The notes: a model not told the origin generated them from the letters alone. A DNA stretch of 64,000 bases from an uncultured Pelagibacteraceae bacterium (GCA_902606065.1 CACLEX010000001.1:262-64261), one strand, 5' to 3'; numbered from the stretch's first letter, positions 32,360 to 42,341 are shown. A program made the numbers and translations.

Positions 32360-34039
32360 TTATTTATTTATTTCTCTGAGTGAATTGAAGAAATTTTCTG
32401 CAAATTTTTTTTTATTAAAAAGAGGACTTTTTATTGCATCTAAAAATATAGTTTTTCTCAAATCTAAAAATTTATCTCTATCATTAGACAAACTCACAGC
32501 TTTTGATACATAATCATCCTCATCTTTGGCAATCAATTGTTCCATATTAAGATTTTTATTTATTGACTCCCCACATCTGGAATTAAAATTATATCCTGCC
32601 ATTGTAAGAACCGGTACTCCCATCCAGATGGCCTCAAATGATGTGGTTACACCATTGTAAGGAAATGTATCAAGGGCGATATCTATCTCATTGTACAAAT
32701 TTAGATGATCTTTTTTATCTTCAATTTTTTTATGAAAAATAACCGAGCCTAAAACACCATTTTTTTCCATTAATCTCTCAATTCTTTCTAATTTTTTTTT
32801 GTCATCTGAGCATTTTATTATTAATTTGGAATTTTTGATTTCCTTTAAAATTTTTGACCAGCAGGAAATAACATTTTTAGTAATTTTGGCAGGGTTGTTG
32901 AATGATCCAAAAGTAATATAATTATTTCTTATTTGTGGAGGAGGATTTTCTCTTCTTTCAAAGTCAAAACCACAATGAGTATTCCAAATTTCTGGCAAAT
33001 ATAAAACTCGTTCTGAGTATAATTTTTTTTCATCTTCATAAACCAAATTACGGTCGGTTATAATATAATCCATATTCTTTAATCCTGAAGTATTACAATA
33101 CCCCATCCAAAGCACTTGTTTTTTTGCAATTCTATTTTTAAATAATCCTATTCTATTTCTAGATGTATAGCCCATTACATCTATCATAATGTCGATGTTT
33201 AATTCTCTTATTTTATTGAAAGCATTTAAGTCACTTAATTTACTAATATCTATAACTTTATAAACTAAACTGCTTATTTCAGTTGATATAGTGTCTTTAT
33301 CAATTTGATTTGAAAATAGATAAATTTCTACTTCATCACTATTGTAATTTAGCAAAATTGATTTTAAAAAAAAGGTTATAGAATGTCCACTCTTTAGATC
33401 TGCAGATAAGATACCAAGTCGAGTTTTTTTATTTTTTTTATTTGGTAATTTTATAATTTTGTTTTGAGAGTATTCAGATAAGTTATCGTCTACAAATTTA
33501 CCATATTCAAAGAAGTCTCTTTGAGACCAGCTTTTATCAAAACATCTCCAGTAACCATAATTACATAAATCATTAGATATAAAATCTCCAGATCTTATAA
33601 TTTTTTCAAGATGAAATAACATTTGCTCATGATCACTTAATCTTGAGAAAATTGTTAACATTGCGATATTAATTGCTCTTTTTTCTTGGACAGATTTGGG
33701 ACAATTTTTATAAAGATTTTTTATCTCATCAAAATTAACTCTTGTATTTTCAAAATCACTTAATATTGCACTTGAAAGTACAAAATTTACTAATGCATTA
33801 AAACTGTTTTCAGTTGTTTTTTCTTTAAGATATCCTTTTTTAAAATCATTTACTGCTAGCTCTACTTGATCTTTATTTTTCTTATATAAAGAAATTCTGC
33901 TTATACCTAATAAAACAAATAATCCTGCGTTCCTTTCTTCTTCTTTGGTTTTAGAGGTAATATTAAATATTATTTCAGAATATTTTTTTTCTTTTAATAA
34001 ATCTTGTAATTCAAACTCTAAGTTTTGAACTGATACCAT
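32360..34039 (-). CDS. GT41 (SPINDLY/OGT-like) glycosyltransferase, paralog 1
   Basis: RLGILSAD..GHSI, IDVMGYT, FGSFNNPAKI, DIALDTFPYNGVTTSFEAIWMGVPVLT; starts 8 nt after the rho stop. Confidence 0.9.
   Translation of the reverse strand: MVSVQNLEFELQDLLKEKKYSEIIFNITSKTKEEERNAGLFVLLGISRISLYKKNKDQVELAVNDFKKGYLKEKTTENSFNALVNFVLSSAILSDFENTRVNFDEIKNLYKNCPKSVQEKRAINIAMLTIFSRLSDHEQMLFHLEKIIRSGDFISNDLCNYGYWRCFDKSWSQRDFFEYGKFVDDNLSEYSQNKIIKLPNKKNKKTRLGILSADLKSGHSITFFLKSILLNYNSDEVEIYLFSNQIDKDTISTEISSLVYKVIDISKLSDLNAFNKIRELNIDIMIDVMGYTSRNRIGLFKNRIAKKQVLWMGYCNTSGLKNMDYIITDRNLVYEDEKKLYSERVLYLPEIWNTHCGFDFERRENPPPQIRNNYITFGSFNNPAKITKNVISCWSKILKEIKNSKLIIKCSDDKKKLERIERLMEKNGVLGSVIFHKKIEDKKDHLNLYNEIDIALDTFPYNGVTTSFEAIWMGVPVLTMAGYNFNSRCGESINKNLNMEQLIAKDEDDYVSKAVSLSNDRDKFLDLRKTIFLDAIKSPLFNKKKFAENFFNSLREINK
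32510..32683. repeat. 174-bp exact direct repeat, copy B
   Basis: Identical to 30751-30924. Confidence 0.92.
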
Positions 34040-34047
34040 TTAGAAAT

Positions 34048-35316
34048 TTATGCTGGTTTATTCATAGAATTAAAAAATTCAGCATTATTTTTTGTATCTT
34101 TTAATTTAGAATTAATAAATTCTATTGCATCCATTGTGCCCATTGGGGCAATAATCCTTCTTAAAACATTCATTTTCTGAAGATCATTTTTATCAAATAA
34201 CAACTCCTCTCTTCTTGTGCCCGATTTAGTAATATCTATGGCTGGGTAAATTCTTTTATCTGCAATTTTTCTATCTAAAACAGTTTCACTGTTACCAGTC
34301 CCTTTAAATTCCTCAAAAATTACTTCATCCATCCTACTACCAGTATCAATTAAGGCAGTAGAAATAATGGTTAGTGATCCACCTTCTTCAATATTTCTTG
34401 CAGCACCAAAAAACCTCTTTGGTCTTTGAAGAGCGTTAGCATCAACACCTCCCGTTAAAACTTTTCCTGAGCTTGGTATTACAGCGTTATAAGCTCTTCC
34501 AAGCCTTGTTATTGAGTCTAATAATATAACCACATCCTTTTTATGTTCAGTTAATCTTTTTGCTTTTTCTATTACCATTTCAGCTACTGCCACGTGGCGT
34601 TGTGCCGGCTCATCAAAAGTTGAACTAATTACCTCACCTTTTACAGTTCTTTGCATATCAGTCACTTCTTCGGGTCTCTCATCGATTAATAAAACGATTA
34701 AATAACATTCTGGATAGTTTTTTGCGATTGAATTAGCTATACTCTGTAAAATCATAGTTTTACCGGCTTTTGGCGGTGAAATAATAATTGATCTTTGACC
34801 TTTGCCTATAGGACTTACCAAATCGATAAGTCTTGGAGTTAAATCTTGTTTTTTGTCAGGTTTTACTTGCTCTACTTCCATAACAAGTTGTTTATTTGGA
34901 TAAAGCGGCGTCAAGTTATCAAAAGCAATTTTATGTCTAGATTTGTCTGGTTCTTCAAAGTTAATTTTACTTACTTGTAATAATGCAAAATATCTTTCTC
35001 CTTCTTTCGGAGCTCTTACCGGTCCCTCTACAGTATCACCTGTCCTTAAACCAAATTTTCTAATCTGGCTTGGACTAACATATATATCGTCAGGACCAGG
35101 TAAATAATTAGATTCCATAGCCCTTAAAAAACCAAAGCCATCTTGGAGTAATTGAAGCACACCTGCGCCAGTAATTTCCTCTTTTTCTGCAACTTTTTTT
35201 AAAATTGCAAAAAGTATTTCTTGTTTTCTTAAAGTACTTGCATTTTCTATACCAAGCTCCTCTGCTTGTGTAATAAGCTGTTCAGACGATTTGAGTTTTA
35301 ATTCTTGTATGTTCAT
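34048..35316 (-). CDS. rho: Transcription termination factor Rho
   Basis: [45 protein letters not shown]. Confidence 0.99.
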   Translation of the reverse strand: MNIQELKLKSSEQLITQAEELGIENASTLRKQEILFAILKKVAEKEEITGAGVLQLLQDGFGFLRAMESNYLPGPDDIYVSPSQIRKFGLRTGDTVEGPVRAPKEGERYFALLQVSKINFEEPDKSRHKIAFDNLTPLYPNKQLVMEVEQVKPDKKQDLTPRLIDLVSPIGKGQRSIIISPPKAGKTMILQSIANSIAKNYPECYLIVLLIDERPEEVTDMQRTVKGEVISSTFDEPAQRHVAVAEMVIEKAKRLTEHKKDVVILLDSITRLGRAYNAVIPSSGKVLTGGVDANALQRPKRFFGAARNIEEGGSLTIISTALIDTGSRMDEVIFEEFKGTGNSETVLDRKIADKRIYPAIDITKSGTRREELLFDKNDLQKMNVLRRIIAPMGTMDAIEFINSKLKDTKNNAEFFNSMNKPA

Positions 35317-35378
35317 GAGTAAATTATTAAGGACTTAATAATAAGCTGAATATATATGCTAATAAAAATAATTCAACC

Positions 35379-35813
35379 CTAGATAGGTTTGAAAATCACA
35401 ACAAAAATGGTCAAAATTAGCAATAATGTGGGTATTTCATTAATATATCTATAAAATTTGTGAGAATGCTTATTCATGTCTAATTTAAATTGCCCTAAAA
35501 TTCTTCCAAGGTAAAAATGATAAAGAGTTAAAAAAATCACGAAAACTAATTTCAAAATCATCCACCTTTGCCCCAATTGCTCAAAACCTATTTCATGTAT
35601 TAATATTAACCCAAATATCCAAGATAAAGACATTGCGGGAGTCATAATGTAAAAAAAAAGTTTTTTTTCCATAACCTTAAATACCTCTGACACCAATGGT
35701 TTGTCATTATTTTGTGAATGGTAAACAAAAATTCTTGGAAGATATAAAAGACCAGCCATCCAAGAAATAACTGCTATTAGATGAAGAGATTTGAAAAGCA
35801 AATAAGTATTCAT
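35379..35813 (-). CDS. hemJ: Protoporphyrinogen oxidase HemJ
   Basis: KSLHLIAVISWMAGLLYLPRIFVYH, NEIPTL, KP at the C-terminus. Confidence 0.95.
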   Translation of the reverse strand: MNTYLLFKSLHLIAVISWMAGLLYLPRIFVYHSQNNDKPLVSEVFKVMEKKLFFYIMTPAMSLSWIFGLILIHEIGFEQLGQRWMILKLVFVIFLTLYHFYLGRILGQFKLDMNKHSHKFYRYINEIPTLLLILTIFVVIFKPI

Positions 35814-35816
35814 TGA

Positions 35817-36815
35817 TTACATGTTTTGTTGAATTAATGATTTAAGCAAATTTATATGATCATCATTATCATTTAAACATGGTACCATATCAAAATTTTC
35901 ACCACCAGATTCTAAAAAGCTTTCTTTACCTTGAATAAGAATTTCCTCCAAAGTCTCAACACAATCAGAGGAAAAACCAGGACATATTGCAAGAACATTC
36001 TTCTTACCTTCTTTGGGTAATTTCTCTAAAGTCTTATCTGTGTAAGGTTCTAGCCATTTCTGTGGACCGAATCTTGATTGAAAAGTTGTTTTAATTTCTA
36101 TCGAGTTAAATTTTTCTGAAATTAGCCGTGTAGTTTTTTGACAATAACAATGATATGGATCTCCTTTATCAAAATATTTTTGAGGTATTCCGTGATAAGA
36201 AGCTAATATCAAATCTGGTTTCCAATTTATTTCTTTTATTTTTTTATTTAGTGATTTCACTAAAGCATCAATGTACAAAGGATGTGACTCATAATGTGGT
36301 ATTATTTTAATAGATGGCTGCCATCTCATTTTCATTAGCGTTCTATATACTTCATCACAAACTGTTGCTGTCGTTGCTGCAGCATATTGAGGATATAAAG
36401 GAAGTATAGTCAGATTTTCACAACCTTTTTGGTGTAAACCTTTTATTTTGCTTCTGATACTTGGATTTCCATATCTCATGGCATAATCAACAATTATATT
36501 TTCTTTGGATATTGAATTTGATAATTTTTTGGCTTGCTGTTGTGTATAATACAGAAGGGGAGAAATATTTTCATCCTTCATCCAAATTTCTTTGTAAGCT
36601 TTAGCAGTTTTAGATGGTCTTAAATTCAAAATAAAAACATTCAATATAATTTGCCAAATAATTGGGTTAACTTCTATTACTCTTCTATCAGATAAAAATT
36701 CTTTTAAGTATTTTCTAATATCAAACCAACTTGTTGAATCTGGGGTTCCTAAATTTATTATTAGAACTCCTGTTTTACCAAAATTAACAGGTGGGTGATT
36801 TAATTCTTTTTTCAT
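35817..36815 (-). CDS. hemH: Ferrochelatase
   Basis: NLGTPD, AMRYGNP, SYHGIP, FQSRFG, DCVETLEEI. Confidence 0.97.
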   Translation of the reverse strand: MKKELNHPPVNFGKTGVLIINLGTPDSTSWFDIRKYLKEFLSDRRVIEVNPIIWQIILNVFILNLRPSKTAKAYKEIWMKDENISPLLYYTQQQAKKLSNSISKENIIVDYAMRYGNPSIRSKIKGLHQKGCENLTILPLYPQYAAATTATVCDEVYRTLMKMRWQPSIKIIPHYESHPLYIDALVKSLNKKIKEINWKPDLILASYHGIPQKYFDKGDPYHCYCQKTTRLISEKFNSIEIKTTFQSRFGPQKWLEPYTDKTLEKLPKEGKKNVLAICPGFSSDCVETLEEILIQGKESFLESGGENFDMVPCLNDNDDHINLLKSLIQQNM

Positions 36816-37816
36816 TAGTAATCTTTTACAATTTTTACTAAATAATCCATCATGTTCGGGTCCGTTTCTGGTAAAACTCCATGGCCTAAATTAAATATAT
36901 ATGGATGGTCCTTGAAAATATCTAGATACTTTATTGCTTCTTTTTTAAGATTATCTTTATCGGTAAGCAAAATTTTAGGGTCCATGCCTCCTTGTACGGG
37001 AATATTAATTTCTTTTTCAATTTTTATTGGATCAACTTCATAATCAATACAAATTGCATCTGGCTTAACAATTTCACAATATTTTTTATAATTTTTTATA
37101 CCTTTTGGAAAGCAAATTACCGGAACATTTAAAGACTTGGTAAATTCAACTAAAGAACAAGTTGGATTATAGATAAAAAAATCAAAATCTTTATCTTCTA
37201 ATAATCCAGCCCAACTATCAAAAATCTGTATTACTTCAGCACCATTATTTATTTGGTTTTTAATATGAATTTTTAAAAATTTTTCTATTATATTTAAAGT
37301 TTGTTTAATTGAAGAATGGTCTTTAAAAAAATTTTCTTTTAGTTTTACTTTTGGAGACTGTTTGTTTAAAACATAAACAAGCAGAGTCCAAGGTGCTCCA
37401 ACAAAACCTATAGTAGACTTATTTTTTGTTAAAGTGTTATTTTTAACCAAATTAATAGCTTTATAAACGGGATTAACTCTATCAATAAAATCTTCTTCTG
37501 TAATTTTTGATGCTTGATCAAAATTTAAGTCATCAAGAATAGGACCAACATTTTTTTTAAACTCTATCTTTTGTTTAAAACCATAAGGCAAAATCAATAT
37601 ATCAGAAAAAATTATAGCTGCATCTAAATCAAATCTTTTTAGAGGTTGTAGCGTTATTTCAGCTGATAAACTTGAATTTAAACATAATTTAATAAAATCA
37701 GTGTTTTTTTTTCTAATTTCTCTAAACTCTGGCAAATACCTCCCAGCTTGCCTCATAATCCATATGGGATTTAAATTTGTTTTTTTATTTTTAATTACTT
37801 CTTGAATGTTAGACAT
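36815..37816 (-). CDS. hemE: Uroporphyrinogen decarboxylase
   Basis: WIMRQAGRYLPE, IIFSDIL, GFVGAPWT, IFNLGHG. Confidence 0.97.
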   Translation of the reverse strand: MSNIQEVIKNKKTNLNPIWIMRQAGRYLPEFREIRKKNTDFIKLCLNSSLSAEITLQPLKRFDLDAAIIFSDILILPYGFKQKIEFKKNVGPILDDLNFDQASKITEEDFIDRVNPVYKAINLVKNNTLTKNKSTIGFVGAPWTLLVYVLNKQSPKVKLKENFFKDHSSIKQTLNIIEKFLKIHIKNQINNGAEVIQIFDSWAGLLEDKDFDFFIYNPTCSLVEFTKSLNVPVICFPKGIKNYKKYCEIVKPDAICIDYEVDPIKIEKEINIPVQGGMDPKILLTDKDNLKKEAIKYLDIFKDHPYIFNLGHGVLPETDPNMMDYLVKIVKDY

Positions 37817-38097
37817 ATTAATAATTAAATTTATTTAATAGTATTTGTAGTATGAGCTGTGAAATACGTGGATTAAATTTTATATACATTTTATAAACTG
37901 GTTATTAACATTTAAAGTTAAATTTTTTATATATATATAAGTAATATTGAAGCTTATTGCCAATAATTCAATTTAATGAAAAACTTTATACAGATGTTTA
38001 ATAATGTTAATAAAAGCTATGTTTTACAACAAAAATTTAAAATTTTTAAAACCAACTAATTTTGTTTAATTAAAACACAATTATTAACATTTTATAC
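37817..38097. other. oriC: Putative chromosomal replication origin (oriC)
   Basis: Largest and extremely AT-rich gap in the window; lies between hemE and the DUF299/PPDK-regulatory gene, the origin position in Caulobacter and Rickettsia; gene blocks diverge from it; parABS nearby; repeated TTATTAACA. Confidence 0.72.
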
Positions 38098-38922
38098 ATG
38101 AGTAATACTTATCAAATTTATCTTATATCTGACTCCACAGGTGAAACTTTAGATAGAATTTTTACCGCAATTAAAGCTCAATTTAAAAATATAGATTATA
38201 AAATACACACTTATTCTTTTACAAGAACAGAAAACCAAATTTTAAAAATTTTATCAAATGCTCAAGAAAATCAAAATTCCATAATCTTATATTCAATTGT
38301 AGATAGTAACCTTGCAAAACACCTTGCAAGAAAGAGCGAAGAAAAAAAAATACCATGTTTTGGTGTTCTTGGGGATTTAATATTAAGTTTTTCAAAATTA
38401 CTTAATCAAAAAGCATCTCATCAACCCAGTGGTCAATATACGCTCAATGATGAGTATTATAAAAGGATCGAGGCAATTCAATTTACAATGAACCATGATG
38501 ATGGAAACCTAGTTAAAGACATTAAAAAATCAGACATTATTTTGTTGGGGGTTAGCAGGACCAGCAAAACACCAACCTCGATTTATCTGGCAAATAAAGG
38601 GTTTAAGATATCTAATATTCCTCTGGTGAATGAAAATTCTATTCCTCAAATTTTAAAAGAAGACCCAAACCTTACTTGTATTGTTGGATTAAGTACAGAA
38701 CCAGAAAGGTTGGCTGATATTAGAAAAAATCGAATGAATTCGTTAAAAGAGTCTCAAAATAAATCTTACACAGATTTATCTAAGATTAAAAAAGAAGTTG
38801 AGGACGCTAGAAATACTTTTAAAAAATATAAGTGGCCCACAATAGATGTAACAAGAAAATCAGTTGAAGAAACTGCAGCTTCAATCATAAAGATATACGA
38901 AATATATAAAAATAATGGTTAA
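38098..38922 (+). CDS. Pyruvate,phosphate/water dikinase regulatory protein (DUF299)
   Basis: ISDSTGET, RIEAIQFTMNHDDG, GVSRTSKTPTSIYLA, DVTRKSVEETAA. Confidence 0.93.
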   Translation: MSNTYQIYLISDSTGETLDRIFTAIKAQFKNIDYKIHTYSFTRTENQILKILSNAQENQNSIILYSIVDSNLAKHLARKSEEKKIPCFGVLGDLILSFSKLLNQKASHQPSGQYTLNDEYYKRIEAIQFTMNHDDGNLVKDIKKSDIILLGVSRTSKTPTSIYLANKGFKISNIPLVNENSIPQILKEDPNLTCIVGLSTEPERLADIRKNRMNSLKESQNKSYTDLSKIKKEVEDARNTFKKYKWPTIDVTRKSVEETAASIIKIYEIYKNNG

Positions 38923-39499
38923 GATTATCCTTGCCTCAAAAAGCAAAGTAAGAAAGCAAATTCTGGATGAGAACAACATATCCACCGAGATACAAAATTC
39001 TAATTTAGATGAAGATGTCGTTAAAGAAAGTTTAATTAAAGAAAAAGCATCTCCCGAATTAATATCAAAAAATTTAGCTGAATTAAAAGCAAACAAGGTT
39101 AGTCAAAAAAACCGGGACTCTTTAGTCATAGGTGCTGATAGCGTAATAGATTTAGAGGGCGAATTGATATCTAAACCTTTAGACAGAGAGGAAGCTTTAG
39201 AAATTTTAAAAAAGCTTAATGGAAAAAAACACAATCTCATTAGTTCAGTCTGTATCTCTCAAAATGGCGCCATGATTTGGAATTACACTGATAAAGCAAC
39301 TTTAACCATGAAACAATTTAGTTTAGATGAGCTTAAAAGTTATTTATCGAAAATTACAGATGAAGCCCTATATGCTTATAACGTTTATCAAATTGAAGGA
39401 GAGGGTAGGAAATTATTCTTAAATATAGAGGGTGATGAAGATACTATAATGGGTTTACCGATTAAAAAAATAAAACAATACTTGAGCAACTACGAATGA
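38915..39499 (+). CDS. maf: Maf-family nucleotide pyrophosphatase
   Basis: IILASKSKVR, KANKVS, IGADS, YQIEG, IMGLP. Confidence 0.92.
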   Translation: MVKIILASKSKVRKQILDENNISTEIQNSNLDEDVVKESLIKEKASPELISKNLAELKANKVSQKNRDSLVIGADSVIDLEGELISKPLDREEALEILKKLNGKKHNLISSVCISQNGAMIWNYTDKATLTMKQFSLDELKSYLSKITDEALYAYNVYQIEGEGRKLFLNIEGDEDTIMGLPIKKIKQYLSNYE

Positions 39500-40290
39500 A
39501 AAAATATTTAGTAATTGGAAATCCAATTGACCACTCTTTATCTCCTAAACTCCAAAACTGGTGGTTAAAAGAAAATAATATTGATGCAATGTATGATAAA
39601 ATTAAGCTCGAGGATAATGAAATTAAAGATTTCATTCAGGATATTAAAGAACAAAAAATAGCTGGTTGTAATGTAACTGTCCCTTTCAAAAAAACAGTTA
39701 TTCCTTTCTTAGATAAATTAAGCCCGGAGTCAGAACAGACCCAATCAGTAAACACAGTCTCTTTCGAAAATGGTGATCTAGTTGGACATAATACAGATAT
39801 AGCTGGTTTTGATACTGCGATTAGAAAGTTAAACTTTAGTGTAAAGGACAGGAAAGTTTTAATCTTGGGCGCCGGTGGTGTTGTTCCTTCATTGATTTTT
39901 GCTTTAAAAAATATGCATGTTAAGGAGATAACCATTAGCAACAGAACAAGAGAGAAAGCTGAAAATTTAAAAGCTTTATTTAATAATATTAAAATTTTAG
40001 ATTGGGGACATTTAAATGATTTTCATATGATAATAAATGCCACAAGCCTTGGTTTAAATAATGAAAGAATAAATTTAGATTTTTCAAGTTTAGGAAATGA
40101 TAAATTATTTTATGATGTAATTTATAATCCTGAGGAAACCCATTTTTTGAAAATGGGAAAACAATTAGGATGCAAGACAGAAAATGGAAAAACTATGTTT
40201 ATTTACCAGGCTTTAGAAGCTTTTAAATTATGGCATAAGATAGAACCAAAAGTTAATAAAGAGACATTTAAACTTTTAGATAATGATTAG
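39496..40290 (+). CDS. aroE: Shikimate dehydrogenase
   Basis: GNPIDHSLSP, NVTVPFK, HNTD, GAGG, INATSLG, YDVIYNP. Confidence 0.96.
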   Translation: MKKYLVIGNPIDHSLSPKLQNWWLKENNIDAMYDKIKLEDNEIKDFIQDIKEQKIAGCNVTVPFKKTVIPFLDKLSPESEQTQSVNTVSFENGDLVGHNTDIAGFDTAIRKLNFSVKDRKVLILGAGGVVPSLIFALKNMHVKEITISNRTREKAENLKALFNNIKILDWGHLNDFHMIINATSLGLNNERINLDFSSLGNDKLFYDVIYNPEETHFLKMGKQLGCKTENGKTMFIYQALEAFKLWHKIEPKVNKETFKLLDND

Positions 40291-40855
40291 AATAGGAATT
40301 TTAGGAGATATAGGGTCTGGAAAAAGTTTTGTCGCTAAATCATTTGGTTACCCAGTATTTAATGCTGATAGTGAAGTTGGAAAATTATATAAAAAAAATA
40401 GAAAAATCTTTATTAAACTTAATAAGTCTTTACCTAAACATATCACTCAATTTCCAATTAAAAAAAAAGAAGTAACAAAGACGATATTGGCAAATAAAAA
40501 TAATTTAAGAAAAATTATTAAAATTATTCATCCCGAAATAAGAAGGAAAATGAATTTTTTTTTAAAGAAAAATAAAAAAAGTAAATTTATCATTTTAGAT
40601 ATCCCCCTATTACTTGAAAACAGATTAAATAAAAAAAAAGATATTTTGATATTTATTCAATCCAGGAAAATTGAAATTTTAAAAAGATTAAAAAAAAGGC
40701 AAAATTTTAACTCAAAAATTATAAATAGATTCAGAAAAATACAACTACCACTTGATTATAAAAGAAAAAAATCAAACTTTATAATTAAAAATAATTTCAC
40801 AAATAAACTCATTAAAAATCAGATAAGATATATTCTTAAACAAATAATTAAATGA
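40283..40855 (+). CDS. coaE: Dephospho-CoA kinase
   Basis: GDIGSGKS P-loop, IIHPEI, LDIPLLLE; aroE-coaE-dnaQ order. Confidence 0.9.
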   Translation: MIRIGILGDIGSGKSFVAKSFGYPVFNADSEVGKLYKKNRKIFIKLNKSLPKHITQFPIKKKEVTKTILANKNNLRKIIKIIHPEIRRKMNFFLKKNKKSKFIILDIPLLLENRLNKKKDILIFIQSRKIEILKRLKKRQNFNSKIINRFRKIQLPLDYKRKKSNFIIKNNFTNKLIKNQIRYILKQIIK

Positions 40856-41517
40856 AAGAAGTAATTTTAGATACAGAAACAACGGGATTGTCTGTTCAAG
40901 AAGGTCACCGAATAGTTGAGATAGGATGTATTGAGTTAGAAAATTTAATTCCTACAAATAATAACTTTCATTGCTATTTAAATCCTGAGAGGAAAGTTTC
41001 AGAAAAGGCTTTAGAAACTCATGGATATACAGATGAGTTCTTGTCTGACAAAAAAAAATTTAAAGATATAGCAGATGATTTTTTAATTTATATCAAAGGA
41101 AAAAAACTGATTATTCATAATGCCGAATTTGATCTATCGCATTTAAATAATGAACTTAAAATAATAGGTAAAGATTTAATTAAAAATGAAATTATAGACA
41201 CTGTTGTTTTAGCTAGAGATAAATTTCCTGGATCATCTAATAGTCTAGATGCACTCTGTAGAAGATATAGAATAGATAATTCTAGAAGAAAAAAACACAC
41301 AGCTTTAATAGATTGTGACTTATTATCAAAAGTTTATATAAATTTAATCGATCAAAAAGAGCCAAAACTTAATTTTAATAATGAAATCAGTGACAATAAT
41401 CAAATGTTAAAAACAAAAATTTCGTATTTAAAAAAAGTTGTTAAGCCTAGTGATGAGGAAAAAAAAAAACACGACCAATATTTACAAACTAATTTAAAAA
41501 AAAATTTTTTTAATTAA
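40852..41517 (+). CDS. dnaQ: DNA polymerase III epsilon subunit
   Basis: LDTETTG, HRIVEIG, HNAEFD, SLDALC, HTALID (DEDDh). Confidence 0.97.
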   Translation: MKEVILDTETTGLSVQEGHRIVEIGCIELENLIPTNNNFHCYLNPERKVSEKALETHGYTDEFLSDKKKFKDIADDFLIYIKGKKLIIHNAEFDLSHLNNELKIIGKDLIKNEIIDTVVLARDKFPGSSNSLDALCRRYRIDNSRRKKHTALIDCDLLSKVYINLIDQKEPKLNFNNEISDNNQMLKTKISYLKKVVKPSDEEKKKHDQYLQTNLKKNFFN

Positions 41518-41935
41518 AATTTTTTTTATAAAGCTCTTCGAAGTTTACTTTTTTCAGAAATTTTACATCAGGATAACCTGAGGTGTGTAAAAGGCTCAGA
41601 AGAGCCTTTTCTATTTCAGGAAACACTTCTTTTTGAACATCACATAATACTATTTTTTGTACAATATTTTTATCTTTTACTTTCTCGTTGAGCTTAATAA
41701 TAGAGGTATATGTCATTTCAAAATAAGATTTTTTTTTACTTTTATCATTATCATGGAATTTTAGAAGAGTATTTACTTCAATAATTTGAGCTTTCAGAGG
41801 TTTTGAGTTTATTTCAATATTTAGTTGGTATTTAGAGATAAAATCTTTTACATAAAGATATGTTTCAAGGTCAGGTGTTTCTCCCGATATATCTTTTATG
41901 AATTTACTCATTATTTTATAATTTTCGCTCATCAT
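41510..41935 (-). CDS. secB: Protein-export chaperone SecB-like (divergent)
   Basis: FIKDISGETP, VNFEELY; dnaQ-secB-fxsA-tim44 order; start at 41935 or 41932. Confidence 0.7.
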   Translation of the reverse strand: MMSENYKIMSKFIKDISGETPDLETYLYVKDFISKYQLNIEINSKPLKAQIIEVNTLLKFHDNDKSKKKSYFEMTYTSIIKLNEKVKDKNIVQKIVLCDVQKEVFPEIEKALLSLLHTSGYPDVKFLKKVNFEELYKKNFN

Positions 41936-42341
41936 CTTCCTCAATGTCCTCAAACTCACCTTCTATATATGGTTTTTTTATTTTTGTCTCACTCTTAAAT
42001 TTAGTAACAATTTTTCCAAAAAAAAATTTTCTTGTTAAAGGAAATATTAAAAGAAATCCCAACAGATCAGTTGCAAACCCAGGAATTATCAGAAGAAGTG
42101 CTGCAAATGCTATAGCAGCACCAGAGATTATTTCATAAATTGGTGCTTCATTTTTTATTAATTGTGAAAAACCAGATCTAAGAGTATTTAATCCTTCGTA
42201 TCGTGCATAAAACACTCCCATTATCGCTGTTATAAATATAAGTGATATCGTGTTAAATGCACCTATTTGACCACCAATCTTAATAAATAGATAAATTTCC
42301 ACAATCGGGACCAGGATAAGGGCAATTAATACTGAGTTCAT
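41916..42341 (-). CDS. fxsA: FxsA family membrane protein
   Basis: PIVEIYLFIKIG, LLIIPGFATDLLG, IEGEF. Confidence 0.93.
   Translation of the reverse strand: MNSVLIALILVPIVEIYLFIKIGGQIGAFNTISLIFITAIMGVFYARYEGLNTLRSGFSQLIKNEAPIYEIISGAAIAFAALLLIIPGFATDLLGFLLIFPLTRKFFFGKIVTKFKSETKIKKPYIEGEFEDIEEDDERKL

Noticed and set aside
30751-32683. GT41 repeat as a diversity-generating retroelement TR/VR pair or a CRISPR
   Set aside because: The copies are identical with no adenine-specific mismatches, both lie in coding frames, and there is no reverse transcriptase, spacer array or cas gene in the window
37817-38097. CtrA boxes (TTAA-N7-TTAA) in the putative origin
   Set aside because: The TTAA pairs I checked have other spacings; only a near match (TTAA-N7-TTAT at 38070-38084), which is expected by chance in AT-rich DNA
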